Notes under the pieces: generated by a model
Seen by the model: only the letters and a program-made list of their open reading frames with translations
What the model was told of the DNA's origin: nothing
Database searches by the model: none
Translations under genes and position numbers: made by a program
Shown here: piece after piece, positions 12,010 through 23,934 of the stretch
How the letters are laid out: every line of letters starts with the position of its first letter
Position numbering within the stretch: position 1 is the first letter of the stretch
Source: Octopus sinensis
Taxonomy: Eukaryota
Reading direction: 5' to 3'
DNA length: 64,000 nt
NCBI RefSeq assembly: GCF_006345805.1
Contig: NW_021833036.1
Coordinates: forward strand, 62,001 to 126,000

Positions 12010-12375
12010 ACTAAGAGCACCATCCGAACATGATCATTGCCAGAGCAGCTATCTGGCCTCCGTGCCGGTGGCACGGAAAAGACACCATTCGAGCGTGATC
12101 GTTACCAGCATCGCCTTGCTGGCACGTGCCGGTGACATATGTAAAAGATTCGAGTGAGGTTGTTGCCAGTACCGCTTCACTGGCCCTCGTGCCGGTGGCA
12201 CGTAGAAGCACCCGATACCTTCTTGGAGTGGTTGGCGCTAGGAAGGGCATCCAGCTGTAGAAACTCTGCCAGATCAAGATTGGAGCCTGGTGCAGCCATC
12301 TGGTTCGCCAGCCCTCATTCAAATCGTCCAACCCATGCCAGCATGGAAAGCGGACGTTAAATGACAATGATGATG
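12010..12375 (+). mobile_element. RTE-A 3'UTR fragment
   Basis: Same terminus as other RTE-A copies. Confidence 0.8.
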
Positions 12376-12434
12376 ATTATTCTATTACTATTATTATTAT
12401 TAGTTCATCCATCACTGTCGGTGATAACCTAGGA

Positions 12435-12653
12435 CAGTGCTTTTCAAACTTTTTGCTGGAGCGGAACCCCAAGGAAACATTCCACTGGCTTGAGGAACCC
12501 CTGTGCAATAATTTAATAGTCTTATGCACACATATCTGCACAGGAGAATTAAAAATTACTGCCGATTTCAGCAGTTTTGTAACTTTTTGCAGAAACCCTG
12601 CACTGTACTGGCAGAACCCTAAGGTTCCGCAGAACCCTGGTTGAAAACCACTG
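12435..12653. mobile_element. hAT (Charlie-like) MITE
   Basis: TIRs CAGTGCTTTTCAAA / TTGAAAACCACTG; 8-bp TSD ACCTAGGA at 12427-12434 and 12654-12661. Confidence 0.9.
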
Positions 12654-12664
12654 ACCTAGGACAT

Positions 12665-13050
12665 CACATAGGTGAAGAAGACAGGGTGTGGTGCATCCAG
12701 TTGTGACCAATCAATCCAATGCATGCTGAGAAGACTCTGCCACAGGTCTGGCATGGCTGGAACTGAAGGCAAGGAGTTGACCCTAGACTTGCATAGTTCA
12801 CATTTCCTTTATTCTCCTGCAAACCTGTTTTGCTTGCAGGAGGTGACCCCTCTATTGGTGAAGTTTGCCATGCAGGGTGGTCATGTGCTTGCATTTCCCA
12901 GATGTCTGTCTCACCACATTTCATTTCATTTCATTTGAGTTTGAGTCCATGCTCAGGCCAAGTCGAAGACTCCACCCTCAGAGTCTGGCGTGGTTGCCAG
13001 GTTGTATTCTCTGTTTAATTTTGACATGTGTAGGAGCGAGTTTGAGTCAG
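12665..13050 (-). mobile_element. Decayed RTE (BovB-like) LINE C-terminus
   Basis: C-x2-CGRVFSACIGLIGHNWMH resembles the RTE C-terminal C2H2-like motif. Confidence 0.7.
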
Positions 13051-13364
13051 TTTGTGCTCGTTGTGTATATCCTGGGAGATGGGGTTCATCTCTTGTGGGA
13101 TGACGTCAGCAGCCGGAAGCTGGGGCAAGCGGGGTGCGTTGACCGGAAGCTGGGGCAAGCGGGGTGCGTTGACAGGAAGCTGGGGCAAGCGGAAGGGGGT
13201 CAGCCGTCAAGCGCGCGCAGGGGGCGGAAGTTGACCTTTCCAACGTGCGTCGTGCTGGCGACAAGACGTGCGAGGAAGTCGCTAAACGGTTTGGGGCTAG
13301 CAAGTGCTATTGTTAGTGTTCGGGTAGGGCTGTGAGGAAGGACCAGCCATCTCTGGAGGATCTC

Positions 13365-13565
13365 CGTCACCACGAAGAGAAGGTAGGTGCATCTATATTC
13401 AAATCGCACACACTCACTACATCTCTAATGGTGCTTAAGTATCTATCCAGCTGCAATTTGAATGATTCCACACTGCATCCTGATAGATTTCTGACATGTA
13501 CCGGAATGGAGTTGAACAGTTGTGCTCCTCGAACCAACAGACTTGACTCTCGCAGGGTTAATTTT
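13365..13565 (-). mobile_element. CR1/L2-group LINE ORF2 C-terminal remnant
   Basis: Translates to LRESSLLVRGAQLFNSIPVHVRNLSGCSVESFKLQLDRYLSTIRD...*. Confidence 0.7.
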
Positions 13566-13604
13566 AATTAACTGTTTAATAGTCCCTACAATAAATCTTA
13601 AAGA

Positions 13605-13925
13605 CTCCGCCGGTTACGACGACGAGGGTCCCAGCTGATACGATCAACGGAACAGCTTGCTCGTGAAATTAACGTGCAAATGGCTGAGCATTCCACAGAC
13701 ACGTGTACCCTTAACGTAGTTCTCGGGGATAATCAGCGTGACACAGAGAGTGACAAGGCTGACCCTTTGAAGTACAAGTACAACTCATTTTTGCCAGCTG
13801 AGTGGACTGGAGCAACGTGAAATAAAGTGTCTTGCTCAAGGACACAACGCGTCGCCGGGAATCGAACTCACAACCTTACGATCATGAGCCGAATGCCCTA
13901 ACCACTAAGCCACGCGCCCTCACTG
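13605..13925 (-). mobile_element. tRNA-derived SINE with SINE-E-like body and SINE-D-like tail
   Basis: A-box TGGCTTAGTGG, B-box GTTCGATTCC. Body cttgagcaagacactttatttcacg is shared with 26077; the tail is shared with 19876. Confidence 0.85.
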
Positions 13926-14139
13926 CCTACAATAAATATATTAACACTAATTTACCGCATATGCTGGCATATAAGCTGACTCGGAGTACAGGGCAAGGTG
14001 AGTTTTAAAGGCCAAAAGTGTTACTTTTTAATACAAATAGCATAAAAACCAAAGGAATTGCATAGGAACAAGATACCGATTTCAGATTAAGAAATGTGAA
14101 CAAACTTCAACGAAATCTTCAGAAATCATGAGGTGCACA

Positions 14140-14316
14140 TGAATGGCTGTGTGGTAAGTAGCTTGCTTACAAACCACATGGTTCCGGGTTCAGTCCCATA
14201 GCGTGGCACCTTGGGCAAGTGTCTTCTACTATAGCCTCGGACCGACCAAAGCCTTGTGAGTGGATTTGATAGACAGAAACTGAAAGAAGCCCGTCGTATA
14301 TATATATATATGTATG

Positions 14317-14347
<31 letters not shown>

Positions 14348-14560
14348 TTGTGTGTCTGTTTTTGTCCCCCCAACATCGCTTGACAACTGATGCTGGTGTG
14401 TTTACGTCCCCGTAACTTAGAGGTTCGGCAAAAGAGACCGATAGAATAAGTACTAGGCTTACAAAGAATAAGCCCTGGGGTCGATTTGCTTGAGTAAAGG
14501 TGGTGCTCCAGCATGGCTGCAGTCAAATGACTCAAACAAGTAAAAGAGAGAGAAAAGAGT
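14140..14560 (+). mobile_element. SINE-B
   Basis: Near full-length copy. Confidence 0.9.
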
Positions 14561-14704
14561 TATAGTGAAATGGTTGTTTTTTATTGTTTGTTTTTTAATA
14601 ATTTTGTATTTGACTTCAAAACATTAAAAAGCATTTTTGCTGGTACTTGCAATCTTCTGGGCAGTAGCATTCTCGTTAATCCAATCGGTTGATTAATGAT
14701 TTTC

Positions 14705-14855
14705 TTATGTGTGGTAAGTAGCTTGCTAACCAACCACATGGTTCTGGTTCAGTCCCACTGCGTGGCATCTTGGGCAAGTGTCTTCTGCTATAGCCCCGGG
14801 CCGACCAATGCCTTGTAAGTGGATTTGGTACACGGAAACTGAAAGAAGCCTGTCG

Positions 14856-14888
<33 letters not shown>

Positions 14889-15110
14889 ATGTGCTTGTGT
14901 GTCTGTGTTTGTCTCCCTAGCATTGCTTGACAACCGATGCTGGTGTGTTTACGACCCCGTCACATGGCAGTTCGGCAAAAGAGACCGATAGAATAAGTAC
15001 TGGGCTTACAAAGAATAAGTCCCGGGGTCGATTTGCTCGACTAAAGGCGGTGCTCCAGCATGGCCGCAGTCAAATGACTGAAACAAGTAAAAGAGTAAAG
15101 AGTAAAGAGT
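14705..15110 (+). mobile_element. SINE-B
   Basis: Near full-length copy. Confidence 0.9.
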
Positions 15111-15270
15111 ATATAAGATGGATTACCAAGTCATTGACTTTGGATTTTAAAAAAAGATTCTCAAGAACAATTCATGCAGAACTAGCCATTATGCCAAGGT
15201 AACTTTTTCTAGATTAAAATCTGGGACCAAGTTTATATGCCAGCATATACAGTAACTCTCATTATCACCG

Positions 15271-16504
15271 TTTACCCTTTTTGATACCAACCCGGCTAAA
15301 ACCAGCTCTGGGTCTGTAGTACAAATGTTTTGTTTTCATAAGTTTTGAATTAAAATCTTCCACCAAACCTTAGTCACAATTTATGTTCCTAACACTAGCT
15401 TAATGATGACTACATTATTTTAATAATTCTTTGTTATATTTAAAATAATTGAAAGAAACACAGAGCATCTCAACAGAAATATGGTAACAAAAGGGTTAAA
15501 ATATATAATAGAGAAACAATTCTCAGCCCTTTTGATACTAACCCGGCTGAAACCAGCTCTGGCTCTGTAGTACAAATGTCTTGTTTTCATAAGTTTTGAA
15601 TTCAAATCTTCCACCAAACCTTAGTCACAATTTATGTTATTAATACTAACTTAATGATAACTAAGTTATTTTACTAAATTCTTTGTTATATTTAAAATAA
15701 ATTGAAACAAACACAGAACATCTCAACAGAAATAAGGTAACGAAAGGGTTAAAATATATAATAGAGAAACAATTTTAACCCTTTCGATAGCAACCCAGGT
15801 GAAACCGGTTCTGGCTCTGAGTACAAATGTTTTGTTTTCATAAGTTTTGAATTCAAATCTTCCACCAAATCTTAGTCACAGTTTATGTTCCTAACACTAG
15901 CTTAATGATAACTAAGTTATTTTACTAAATTCTTTGCTATGTTTAAAATTAATTGAAAGAAATACAGAGCATCTCAACAGAAATATGGTAACAAAAGGGT
16001 TAAAATATCTAATAGAGAAACAATTCTCAGCCCTTTTGATACTAACCCAGGTGAAACCGCCTCCGGTTCTGTAGTACAAATGTCTTGTTTCCATAAGTTT
16101 TGAATTAAAATCTTCCACCAAACCTTAGTCACAATTTATGTTATTAATACTAGCTGAATGATAACTAAGTTATTTTACTAAATTCTTTGTTATATTTAAA
16201 TTAATTGAAAGAAACACAGAGCATCTCAACAGAAATATGGTAACAAAAGGGTTAAATATATAATAGAGAAACAATTCTTAACCCTTTTGATACCAACCCG
16301 GCTGAAACCAGCTCTGGCTTTGTAGTACAAATGTCTTGTTTTCATAAGTTTTGAATTAAAATCTTCCACCAAACCTTAGTCACAATTTATGTTCCTAACA
16401 CTAGCTTAATGATAACGAAGTTATTTTACTAAATTCTTTGTTATATTTAAAGTAATTGAAAGAAACAGAACATCTCAAAATAAATACAGTAATGAAAGGG
16501 TTAA
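15271..16504 (+). repeat. Tandem array of 5 piggyBac-type MITE units, 252-bp period
   Basis: Each unit is TTAA-CCCTTTTGATACC...GGTAACAAAAGGG-TTAA plus spacer aatatataatagagaaacaattc. Unit starts at 15275, 15527, 15779, 16031 and 16282. Confidence 0.9.
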
Positions 16505-16676
16505 GCCCACCATGGGTATACCAAAAGACAGCAGGGTCTTCATCCAGGGCCAAAATGGAACTAAACAACAACAACAACAATAATCTAAAAGCTTCATTTC
16601 AAGAATTTAGTTTTTGCATTTTATTTTTAGCTTTTTCACCATCTTAAGAAATTTGGTAAAATCCTCCGATACTCAC

Positions 16677-16739
16677 CCATGCAAGCTTATTCAAACTCTT
16701 CCGGCATTTCTTAAAATTGCAGACAAGATCTCCATCCAT
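16677..16739 (-). CDS. CCNB1IP1: HEI10/CCNB1IP1 first coding exon (MDGDLVCNFKKCRKSLNKLAW)
   Basis: ATG at 16739-16737, 21 codons, donor TGG|GTGAGT at 16676 (phase 0). Upstream acceptor (pyrimidine tract, AG at 16759-16758) leaves an 18-nt 5'UTR piece. Peptide matches the remembered HEI10 N-terminus (L-x-CN(F/Y)-x-KCR-x2-L-x3-AW). Confidence 0.9.
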
Positions 16740-16794
16740 TTTTTCAACAAAAAGAAACTACATAGGAAGAAAATATAAAAAATTATGTCAACTC

Positions 16795-17181
16795 TTTACT
16801 CTTTTACTTGTTTCAGTCATTTGACTGTGTCATTTGACTGTGTCCATGCTGGAGCACTGCCTTTAGTTGAGCAAATCGACCCCAGGACTAATTCTTTGTA
16901 AGCCTAGTACTTATTCTATCAGTGTCTTTTGCCGAACCGCTAAGTTACGGGGACGTAAACACACCACCATCGGTTGTCATGCAATGTTGGGGGGACAAAC
17001 ACAGACACACACATATATATATATATATGGAGTGGCTGTGTGGTAGCTTGCTAACCAACCACATGGTTCCGGGTTCAGTCCCACTGCGTAGCACCTTGGG
17101 CAAGTGTCTTCTGCTATAGCCCCGGGCCGACCAATGCCTTGTGAGTGGATTTGGTAGACGGAAACAGAAAGAAGCCTGTCG

Positions 17182-17216
<35 letters not shown>

Positions 17217-17335
17217 TGTCCCCCTAGCATTGCTTGACAACCGATGCTGGTGTGTTTATGTCCCCGTCACTTAGCGGTTCGGCAAAAAGAGGCCGATAGA
17301 ATAAGTACTGGGCTTACAAAGAATAAGTCCCGGGG
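16795..17335. mobile_element. Two SINE-B pieces in opposite orientation
   Basis: Minus-strand tail 16795-17010; plus-strand copy 17028-17335, truncated at the array. Confidence 0.85.
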
Positions 17336-18257
17336 CCACGAACGGATGGTGCTTTTACGTGCCACCAGCACGGGGGCCAGGCGATGCTGGCAATGGACAC
17401 GAACGGATGGTGCTTTTAAGTGTCACCGACACGGGGGCCAGACAGAGCTGGCAAACGGTCACAAACGGATGGTGCTTTTACGTGCCACCGACACGGGGGC
17501 CAGACAGAGCTGGCAAACGGCCACGAACGGATGGTGCTTTTACGTGCCACCAGCACGGGGGCCAGGCGATGCTGGCAATGGACACGAACGGATGGTGCTT
17601 TTACGTGCCACCGACACGGGGAGCAGACAAGGCTGGCAAACGGCCACGAACGGATGGTGCTTTTACGTGTCACCGGCACGGGGGCCAGGCGAGGCTGGCA
17701 ACGGACATGAACGGATGGTGCTTTTACGTGCCACCAACACGGGGGCCAGACAGAGCTGGCAAACGGCCACAAACGGATGGTGCTTTTACGTGCCACCGAC
17801 ACGGGGACCAGACAAGGCTGGCAAACGGTCACGAACGGATGGTGCTTTTACGTGTCACCGGCACGGGGGCCAGGCGAGGCTGGCAACGGATATGAACGGA
17901 TGGTGCTTTTACGTGCCACCTGACACGGGGACCAGACAAGGCTGGCAAACGGCCACGAATGGATGGTGCTTTTACGTGTCACCGGCACGGGGGCCAGGCG
18001 AGGCTGGCAGCGGACATGAACGGATGGTGCTTTTACGTGCCACCGACACGGGGGCCAGACAGAGCTGGCAAACGGCCACGAACGGATGGTGCTTTTATGT
18101 ACCACCGACACGGGGGCCAGACAGAGCTGGCAAACGGCCACGAACGGATGGTGCTTTTACGTGCCACCGACATGGGGGCCAGACAGAGCTGGCAAACGGC
18201 CACGAACGGATGGTGCTTTTACGTGCCACCGACACGGGGGCCAGACAGAGCTGGCTA
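17335..18257. repeat. ~61-bp tandem array (about 15 units) derived from the RTE-A 3'UTR
   Basis: Unit gaacggatggtgcttttacgtgccaccgacacgggggccagacagagctggcaaacggccac alternating with a variant unit. Confidence 0.92.
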
Positions 18258-18394
18258 ACTTCGACTTTCCTCCTTTTTCAGACAAATGAAATAAGAACCA
18301 TTTGACATCGATGCTATCAGTTAACCACCTCGTTTCAATATTGTTGGCCTTGGGTCAAAATTAGAAAAAAATAATATGATTAGCGAACAGACTA

Positions 18395-18788
18395 AGGAGT
18401 GGCTGTGTGGTAAGTAGCTTGCTAACCAACCACATGGTTCCGGGTTCAGTCCCACAGCGTGGCACCTTGGGCAAGTGTCTTCTGCTATAGCCCCGGGCCA
18501 ACCAATGCTTTGTGAGTGGATTTGGTAGACGGAAACTGAAAGAAGCCTGTCGTATATATATATATATATATATATATGCGTGTCTGTGTTTGTCCCCCTA
18601 GCATAGCTTGACAACCGATGCTGGTGTGTTTACGTCCCCGTAACTTAGCGGTTCGGCAAAAAGAGACCGATAGAATAAGTACTGGGCTTACAAAGAATAA
18701 GTCCCGGGGTCGAGTTGTTCGATTAAAGGCGGTGCTCCAGAATGGCCGCAGTCAAATGACTGAAACAAGTAAAAGAGTAAAAGAGAGA
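18395..18788 (+). mobile_element. SINE-B
   Basis: Near full-length copy. Confidence 0.9.
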
Positions 18789-18994
18789 CTCGTAAGCGCA
18801 GCAGACAAAATACTTAGTGACATTTCTCCGGGTTCGTTCTTAAGTCTTGCCCATCGCTAAGGGAGTGCACTGGATGGCCCCTCAATATTCAACGGTGCAC
18901 CCTCAGATTTAGAAAATACAGTTTACAAAAATCTTCCTGAAATACATTTCTTGAAGTCTGAGTAACACGCTCGTCACTAAGAGGGTGGCACTGC

Positions 18995-19651
18995 CTTCAT
19001 TCCGTAGAAGATAAAATTCAAATCGGTCCATGTTAACACCAAAAATTACTACATCACAAAGGTCCTTTTTTTGCTATGAAAATCCCTATTTTTTACGATT
19101 TTTTGACTGCTGTGTCGCCATTTTTCGGTGTAATTCAACCAGAAAAATGTTCACTTAAAGAGAATAACAAGCTACATAATGCAAAATATTTACTTTTCAA
19201 AAGTTCTAATTCTAAAGGGTCGAAATATACCCGAGCAACGCCGGGTATACAGCTAGTATATATATATATATAAAGCTGAAGTTATCTGTGTGTGGCAGGT
19301 TTGGTAGCCTTCAACTAACACTATCTCCTCAGAGACCCTGCGGCACAAGTTGACCAAAATTGAGAGTATGATAGAAGAAGGCTTGCTCTTCCTTCCGTAG
19401 AAGAAAAAATTCAAATCGGACCATGTTAACACCAAAAATTATTCACATAAAAAAGGTGCTTTTTTTGCTATGAAAATCCCTATTTTTTACGATTTTTTGA
19501 CTGCTGTGTCGATATTTTTTGGTGTATTTCAACCAGAAAAATGTTCACTTAAAGAGAATAACAAAATACATAATGCAAAAGTTTTACTTTTCAAAAGTTC
19601 CAATTCTAAAGGGTCGAAACAAACCCGAGCAACGCCGGGCGATACGGCTAG
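18995..19651 (+). mobile_element. Head-to-tail non-autonomous Helitrons (family Hel-H)
   Basis: Ends CCCGAGCAACGCCGGG...CTAG at 19256 and 19651; the first unit is 5'-truncated. Confidence 0.85.
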
Positions 19652-19875
19652 TGAGAATATATATTAGATTGCATTTTGCACTCAAAAGGCCAATAAGGGA
19701 TTTCCTCTCATGGCAACTACCGTAGCTAAGATTGTTCTAATAAAATATCCACGTTTAAGTGGATATAAATATTACTTCTAAATGTATATTGTTTCGTGTG
19801 TGTATTAAACTTTTGGCTTTGGTGTCGCGAAAGGCCTTCTTAGAGGCCCAACCTTCAGCTTATATATATATACAT

Positions 19876-20250
19876 GGAGGCGCAATGGCCCAGTGGTTAG
19901 GGCAGCGGACTCGCGGTTTCGATTCCCAGACCAGGCGTTGTGAGTGTTTATTGAGCGAAAACACCTAAAGCTCCATGAGGCTCCGGCAGGGGTTGGTGGT
20001 GATCCCTGCTGTACTCTTTCACCACAACTTTCTCTCACTCTTACTTCCTGTTTCTGTTGTACCTGTATTTCAAAGGGCCGGCCTTGTCACTCTCTGTGTC
20101 ACGCTGAATATCCCCGAGAAGTACGTTAAGGGTGCACGTGTCTGTGGAGTGCTCAGCCACTTACACGTTAGTTTCACGAGCAGGCTGTTCCGTTGATTCG
20201 GATCAACCGGAACCCTCGTCGTCGTAACCGACGGAGTGCTTCCATCCATA
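19876..20250 (+). mobile_element. tRNA-derived SINE-D
   Basis: A-box TGGCCCAGTGG, B-box GTTTCGATTCC, tail ...cgtcgtcgtaaccgacggagtgcttcca. Confidence 0.9.
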
Positions 20251-20319
20251 TATATATATATGCATGTGTGTGTATATGTTTGTCTCCCCAACATCGCTTG
20301 ACAACTGAGGCTGGTGTGT

Positions 20320-20472
20320 TTATGTCCCCGTAACGGAAGGACGAGCAAACCTTCTATTATACTCTCAATTTTGGTCAACTTGCGCCGCAGGGTCTCGGAG
20401 GAGAAAGTGTTAGACGAAGGCTACCGAACCTGCCATACACACACACAGAGAACTTCAGCTTTATATAGAGAG
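20320..20472 (-). mobile_element. Hel-H 5' fragment
   Basis: Reverse complement of the Hel-H start. Confidence 0.75.
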
Positions 20473-20764
20473 AGATTGTTTATTTTGGACCCCAAAAAAG
20501 CCCCTGTGGTAGTTTCTCTCATAGCAACTACCGTAGTAAAGTTTGTTCTAATAGAACGTCCACGTTTCAGTAGGGATCAAATTTTTCTGAAGGTATTAAT
20601 ACTGGCCCTTGTCGTTAATATATTTTTAAATATATATATATGAAGGATTAAGACGAGATTGGGTTTGAGACACATACCTTAAAAAACGATGCCAATAAGG
20701 GCCAAAAGTGTAAGATATGGAAGGGCTTACAAAATGATAAAGGAAGGAAATATCTTGTCCTTAC

Positions 20765-20850
20765 CTGAGAGATGAGATTTAAAGGGAAAAGAGAAGAAAA
20801 TGGCGCGAAATCAATGAATGACGTACTTGCTTCTTTTCTTCTTTTTTGTA
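20765..20850 (-). other. CCNB1IP1: Probable non-coding first exon of HEI10
   Basis: Perfect donor CAG|GTAAGG at 20764 on the minus strand, within a non-repetitive island that has CpGs. The 5' boundary is approximate. Confidence 0.55.
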
Positions 20851-20965
20851 CCATTTCATACAGAGCTAGGTTAAAGGGAAGTTTGCTGTCGCAAAATAGG
20901 GAAACTAAATTGTCCTTAAAAAAAAAAAGAAAGTTTATTGCGACAGAAACCGCAATGACATCCCA
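20790..20965 (-). promoter_or_regulatory. Putative HEI10 core promoter
   Basis: YY1-like AAAATGGCG at 20797-20805, CRE-like TGACGTA at 20819-20825, and a 9-bp inverted pair CTGTCGCAA (20886-20894) / TTGCGACAG (20938-20946). Confidence 0.45.
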
Positions 20966-20968
20966 TAA

Positions 20969-21548
20969 TCTTTATATATAAAAGTGAAGTTGTGTGTCTG
21001 TCTCCTACGATTTAGATTCCTAACTACTCCCACATTTTGCGGTGCAGTTTCACCAAAACCGGGTATCTTATAGTCGTGATTCATATCAAGCCTTTCTGGG
21101 TATTAGCACGCGTCTACGATGAGTCTACGATTAAAAAAAAAATTTACCATAATTTTTTTCCATTTTAATGCAATTTTTTCGCTATTATATAAGGGAAGTA
21201 ACTCTCTAAAAATGTCTACAATGAGTCTACGATTTAAAAAAAATTTACCATCATTTTTTCCCATTTTAATGCAATTTTTTCGCTATTATATAAGGGAAGT
21301 AACTCTCTAAAAATGTCTACAATGAGTCTACGATTTATAAAAAATTTACCATCATTTTTTTTCCATTTTAATGCAATTTTTTCGCTATTATATAAGGGAA
21401 GTAACTCTCTGAAAATGTCTACAATGAGTCAACGATTTTTAAAAAAATTTACCATAATTTTTTTGCTATTTTTTGGCTATAACTGTCTAAAAATGCTTAT
21501 ATAGTTATTTCCCTTACAAACCCGAGCAACGCCGGACGATACTGCTAG
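20969..21548 (+). mobile_element. Hel-G non-autonomous Helitron with ~100-bp internal repeats
   Basis: A|TC 5' end, CTAG|T 3' end, no TSD, subterminal hairpin. Confidence 0.9.
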
Positions 21549-21554
21549 TTTCGT

Positions 21555-22212
21555 ATAAAGGATCTTTTCGGTTTGAACGGCAGTTTTTTCTAGCGGTGTC
21601 ATATGAAATCGTCACCCATAATTATGACCCTAGTATCGATCTATTGCATTTCAATCTGTTTTAGGGTTAGGGTTGGGAGGAAGGGTATCTTTTTTTCCTT
21701 CACAAATGTAAATAAACCCAATCTGTTTCTTAAACGAGGGACATATTCATGCGGCACAGAATGTTTTTTTTACCTCAATAGACGTCATTGATTGGTTGAA
21801 ATTGCGTGGTTCCGGGTTCAGTTTCACTGCATGGCACTTTGGGCATAGGTTTTTCACAATAGCCCCGGGTTGACCAAAGCCTTGTGAGTAGATTTGGTAG
21901 ACGGAAACTGAAGGAAGCACGTCGTATATACACATGTTTATATGTGGGGGGATCTTTTCGGTTTGAACGGCAGTTTTTTAACATAATTTCTAGTTAACTA
22001 AACACTTTTAAACTTCGTATACTGGTAGAATGTGTTTAGAAAAACATCTTTTTCTCTTGGCTTTATTGAGAAAATTCTATGGTTTGTAAGATATTTGTTG
22101 TTTTTTTTTCCTTCAATTTCTGCGATTTCAACCAATCAATGACGCCTATTGAGGTGAAAACATTCTGTGCCGTATAAATATGTCCCTCGTTTGAGAAACA
22201 GATTGGGTTTAC
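21555..22212. mobile_element. Rearranged DNA-transposon-like repeat pieces (ggatcttttcggtttgaacggcagtttt family) around a SINE-B head
   Basis: Start motif repeated at 21560 and 21950; 21715-21805 is inverted relative to 22125-22212. Superfamily not determined. Confidence 0.55.
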
Positions 22213-22422
22213 TCTCTCCTTTACTCTTTTATTTGTTTCAGTCATTTGACTGCGGCTATGCTGGAGCACCGCCTTTAGACGAGCAAATCGACCCCGGGAC
22301 GTATTCTTTGTAAGCCCAGTACTTATTCTATCGGTCTCTTTTTGCCGAACTGCTAAGTGACGGGGACGTAAACACACCACCATCGGTTGTCAAGCAATGC
22401 TAGGGGGACAAACACACACATA

Positions 22423-22456
<34 letters not shown>

Positions 22457-23276
22457 TACAACAGGCTTCTTTCAGTTTCCGTCTACCAAATCCACTCACA
22501 AGGTATTGGTCGGCCCGGGGCTATAGCATAAGACACTTGCCCAAGATGCCACGCAGTGGGACTGAACCCGGAACCATGTGGCGGGTAAACAAGTTACTTA
22601 CTACACAGCCACTCCTGCGCCTATATGTATACATATATATATATATATATGTGTCTGCGTTTGTCTGCCCACCCCATTGCTCGACAACTCATGTTGGTGT
22701 GTTTAAGTCCCCATAACTTAGCAGTTCGGCAAAAGAGACCAATAGAATAAGTACTAGGCTTACAAAGAATAAGTTCTGGAGTCGATTTGCTCGACTAAAG
22801 GTGGTGCTCCAGCATGGCCACAGTCAAATGACTGAAACAAGTAAAAAAAGTAAAGAGTAAGGCGCAGGAGTGGCTGTGTGGTAAGTAGCTTGCTAACCAA
22901 CCACATGGTTCCGGGTTCAGTCCCACTGCATGGCATCTTGGGCAAGTGTCTTCTGCTATAGCCCCGGGCCGCCCAATGCCTTGTGAGTGGATTTGGTAGA
23001 CGGAAACTGAAAGAAGCCTGTCGTATATATGTATATATGTATATATATATGTGTGCGTGTTTGTGTGTCTGTGTTTGTCCCCCTAGCATCGCTTGACAAC
23101 CAATGCTGGTGTGTTTACGTCCCCGTCACTTAGCGGTTTGGCAAAAGAGACCGATAGAATAAGTACTGGGCTTACAAAGAATAAATCCCGGGGTCGAGTT
23201 GCTCGATTAAAGGCGGTGCTCCAGCATGGCCGCAGTGAAATGACTGAAACAGGTAAAAGAGAAAAAGAGAAAGAGT
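22210..23276. mobile_element. Cluster of SINE-B copies (minus 22210-22621; plus 22630-22860 and 22861-23276)
   Basis: Sequence identity with other copies. Confidence 0.88.
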
Positions 23277-23399
23277 AAGTAAGTTTTTTCCACTTTTTTT
23301 TTCAAAAATTCCCCTCCCCAGTTTTACACCCTTTTCCTTCCCCACGAGGTGGTGTGAAAGCTATTTTGCGAAACCCCACCCATCGTTCACCTTCGTTTA

Positions 23400-23527
23400 A
23401 TACAATTCATGAAATGTTTCACTGCTTGTCGCCAAGATGTTTGTGAACTTGGTAGAAGGGCCAGCGCTAAAACTTGCAACATGTCGTTTAACCTGTAACA
23501 AAAGCTAACGAGAAAACAGCGGGGAAG
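23400..23527 (+). promoter_or_regulatory. Candidate promoter / non-coding first exon on the plus strand (possibly GORAB)
   Basis: Non-repetitive island with CpGs (23280-23800), TCGCCAAGATG at 23429-23439, donor AAG|GTAACA at 23528, no long ORF. Confidence 0.3.
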
Positions 23528-23934
23528 GTAACACTTCGCTAAGAAATTAAGGTCACTTTAAAAGCTGTCAAACAAGTTAATATTATTTCATATCTCTTTC
23601 AATAATACGTTATCAAAGTGAGTAAGCTTTACTTCACTGCATAGATACAAAAATGCGTGCTAATTAGGTTGGTGGCGATTAGCAAAGAACGAGGCTTCAG
23701 GTGCGTTGCTAAATATACAAACGAAATAACATAGGGCGCAAAATGTACTTTTAATGTTTCCTTCTTAGGTGAAAAGTTGGTGAAACTGTTGGTATGCCAG
23801 GTAAAAAGTTTTGCAGTGTTTCACCTGTCTTTATGTTCTGAGTTCAAATTCCACCGAGATCATCTTTGCCTTTCGTATTTTCAGGGTCGATAAAATAGGC
23901 ACATGTTAAGTAGTGGGGTAGATGTACTCGACTA

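Noticed and set aside
14676-15202. Recurrent short ORFs such as MSSNARGTNTDTQ..., MTTDAGVFTSP..., MVEDFNSKLMK...
   Set aside because: Translations of SINE-B or MITE repeats; they recur because the repeats recur.
17244-18305. 353-aa ORF
   Set aside because: SINE tail plus 61-bp array; repetitive translation.
19876-19950. tRNA genes at SINE heads (also 26077, 39772, 45777, 13850-13925)
   Set aside because: A/B boxes are present, but the sequences continue into SINE bodies and lack intact acceptor stems.
19700-20580. Two diverged copies of a CATRGCAAC-containing motif as RFX X-boxes (19705-19770, 20515-20575)
   Set aside because: Only half-sites, and both abut Helitron ends, so they are more likely repeat remnants.
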